64,000 bases of DNA, from positions 119,886 through 183,885 of the forward strand of contig CAWBYX010000028.1 of the NCBI GenBank assembly GCA_963793135.1, given 5' to 3'. A model generated the notes under the pieces. The model ran no database searches, was not told the DNA's origin, and worked only from the letters and a program-made list of their open reading frames with translations. Source of the stretch: an uncultured Verrucomicrobiae bacterium. GTDB taxonomy: Bacteria > Verrucomicrobiota > Verrucomicrobiia > Chthoniobacterales > JAFAMB01. Positions 61,852 through 64,000 of this stretch are shown here, piece by piece. The position numbers and the translations under genes are program-made. Every line of letters begins with the position of its first letter. Position 1 is the stretch's first letter.

Positions 61852-62604
61852 TCACACCGTCAGAGCCTCTTTCGCGGCCGCGATCGCATAGTCCCGATTC
61901 AAGCGTGCAATGAAGGTCGCGCTCACTTCGGCGGGGCAGATGGCTTCGCACTCGTAGTGATTTCTGCAATTCCCGAAACCGAGTTCATCCATTTGCCGAA
62001 CCATATGAAGAGCGCGGTTTTCGCGTTCTGCTTGACCTTGCGGGAGAAGACCGAGATGCGCGACTTTGGCCGAAACGAACAGCATCGCAGAGGAATTTGG
62101 GCATGCGGCCACGCAGGCGCCGCATCCAATGCAAGCGGCGGCTTCCATGGAGAGATCCGCGACATGCTTCGGGACCGGCAAAGCGTTGGCTTCGGGAGCG
62201 GAACCGGTTCGAACCACGATGTAACCGCCGGCTTCGATGATCCGATCAAATGCGCTGCGGTCGACCACCAGATCCTTGATCGGCGGGAAGGAGGTCGCGC
62301 GGAACGGTTCGATCCAGATCGTGTCTCCGTCGGCAAACTTCCGCATATAAAGCTGGCAGGTGGTACCTTTGCCAGGTCCGTGCGGGACACCATTGATGAC
62401 CAGTGAGCAGGTTCCGCAGATGCCTTCGCGGCAGTCCGAATCAAATGCAATCGGATCCTCGCCACCGTCGAGCAGGGTTTCATTAACGATGTCGAGCATC
62501 TCCAGAAACGAGGCTTCGGAAGGAATATCTTTCGCGTCGTAATCTTTGAAAGACCCGGGCGATGCCCCATCTTTTTGCCGCCAAACCTTCAGCTTGAAAT
62601 TCAT
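61852..62604 (-). CDS. sdhB: Succinate dehydrogenase/fumarate reductase iron-sulfur subunit
   Basis: [24 protein letters not shown]; [19 protein letters not shown]; [14 protein letters not shown]. Confidence 0.96.
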   Translation of the reverse strand: MNFKLKVWRQKDGASPGSFKDYDAKDIPSEASFLEMLDIVNETLLDGGEDPIAFDSDCREGICGTCSLVINGVPHGPGKGTTCQLYMRKFADGDTIWIEPFRATSFPPIKDLVVDRSAFDRIIEAGGYIVVRTGSAPEANALPVPKHVADLSMEAAACIGCGACVAACPNSSAMLFVSAKVAHLGLLPQGQAERENRALHMVRQMDELGFGNCRNHYECEAICPAEVSATFIARLNRDYAIAAAKEALTV

Positions 62605-64000
62605 TTGTAGCTTCGCTGGGATAGTTTCACATATTCGAAACTGAGCGACTCCTTGATCAGGTTCGGCGGTGTATCCAGGCCGGTGTGCTCCCACGCTGCC
62701 ACGTGGCAGTAATGTTCATCATCTCGCAACGCTTCGCCCTCTTTGGTCTGGGACTCGAGACGAAAATGGCCTCCGCACGATTCCTTCCGTTCCAAGGCGT
62801 CCAGGCACATCAGTTCTGCGAACTCCAAAAAATCTGCGACGCGTCCGGCATGTTCGAGCGCTTGGTTAAACTCCGCGCCATCGCCCAGGACATTCACGTT
62901 TTCCCAGAACTCCGCGCGCATGGCCGGGATTTTCTGCAGCGCCTCCTGGAGTCCCTGGGCGTCTCGGGCCATGCCGCATTTGTCCCAAACCAGAAGTCCC
63001 AGCTCCCGATGAAACGTGGTGGTGGTTTTCTTTCCTTTGATCGAGAGGAGCCGGCTGATGCGGGCTCCGGACCTCGTTTTCGACCGCCTTGAATTCCGGC
63101 TGATCAGCGGAAACCTTCTTGCCCATTTGCGTTGCCAGATAGTTAGCGATGGTGCTGGGAATCACGAAATAACCGTCGGAGAGGCCCTGCATCAGAGCGC
63201 TGGCACCCAGCCGGTTGGCTCCATGATCGGAAAAGTTCGCCTCTCCCAAAACGTGAAGACCAGGAACATTGCTCATCAAATTGTAGTCCACCCAGAGTCC
63301 ACCCATCGTGTAATGGACTGCAGGGTAAATCCGCATTGGCGTTTTGTAGGCATTTTCGTTCGTGATATTCAGATACATGTCGAACAGGTTGCCGTACCGT
63401 TCCCGAATTTCGCTTTCCCCATGGCGCCGAATCGCCTCGGAGAAATCAAGATAGACTCCTAGCCCGCTGGGTCCGACGCCCCGGCCTTCATCGCACACTT
63501 CTTTGGCGTTGCGCGACGCAATATCGCGGGGAACGAGGTTTCCAAAGCTCGGATATTTCCGCTCCAGGTAATAATCTCGTTCTTCTTCAGGGATCTGGTC
63601 GGGCGATCGTGGATCCCCTTTCTTTTTTGGAACCCAAACGCGGCCGTCATTCCGCAAAGACTCTGACATCAAGGTGAGTTTGGCCTGATAAATGCCACCG
63701 ACCGGAATGCAGGTCGGGTGGATTTGAGTGAAACAGGGGTTAGCGAAGAGAGCGCCTCGTTTATGCGCGCGCCAGGTCGCCGTCACATTGCAACCCTTGG
63801 CATTGGTCGACAGGTAGAACACGTTACCGTAACCCCCAGTGGCCAGGACCACCGCATCGGCCGCGTGGGTGTTGATCTCGCCGCTGACCAGGTTTCGAAC
63901 CACGATGCCTTTGGCGTGCCCGTTGACCAGCACCAGATCAAGCATTTCGGTTCTGGGGTACATTTTCACCGAGCCCTCCGCGATCGCGTGTTCGAGAGCT
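62601..64000 (-). CDS. sdhA: Succinate dehydrogenase/fumarate reductase flavoprotein subunit, partial at right edge, frameshift near 63065
   Basis: [75 protein letters not shown]; C-terminal part [39 protein letters not shown] in another frame. Confidence 0.94.

Overview
This 64 kb window is a mostly ordinary chromosomal segment. Gene content and intergenic style suggest a Verrucomicrobia/Planctomycetes-type bacterium (inference). Vertical genes include prs-ctc(L25)-pth-rpsF-ssb, dnaE, tRNA-Leu(TAG), a MidA-like methyltransferase, PBP1A, an SMP-30 protein, a UxaA-family hydrolase, metG, a PpiD-like protein, a nuoDEFGHIJKLMN cluster, NDH-2, a UbiA-like gene, metH, an EmrAB-like efflux pair, mutM and sdhBA. 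The main accessory candidates are as follows. (1) A decayed or frameshifted SIR2-TIR protein followed by an nSTAND1-like NTPase with about seven WD40-type repeats (1120-4787), which looks like a bacterial NLR-like conflict system. (2) A co-directional PspA / NfeD-like membrane + zinc ribbon + Ser/Thr kinase / SPFH-flotillin / ECF sigma module (22155-26955). (3) A three-gene IS21-type element (27204-30664) with a perfect 8-bp target duplication (GACTGCCA); removing it restores a 256-aa SDR gene exactly. (4) Several intergenic repeat families, including a three-unit long-inverted-arm array (35851-36990), a ~104-bp tandem array rich in CGAGCACGAGGACGA-like sequence upstream of metH, and an 8-bp tandem repeat near 59900-60018. 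Single-base frameshifts occur in at least nine conserved genes (metH, nuoD, nuoG, nuoL, sdhA, mutM and others). Assembly indel error is therefore a serious alternative to real pseudogenisation and should be settled first with raw reads. All family calls were made by eye from the translated sequence; no database search was run.
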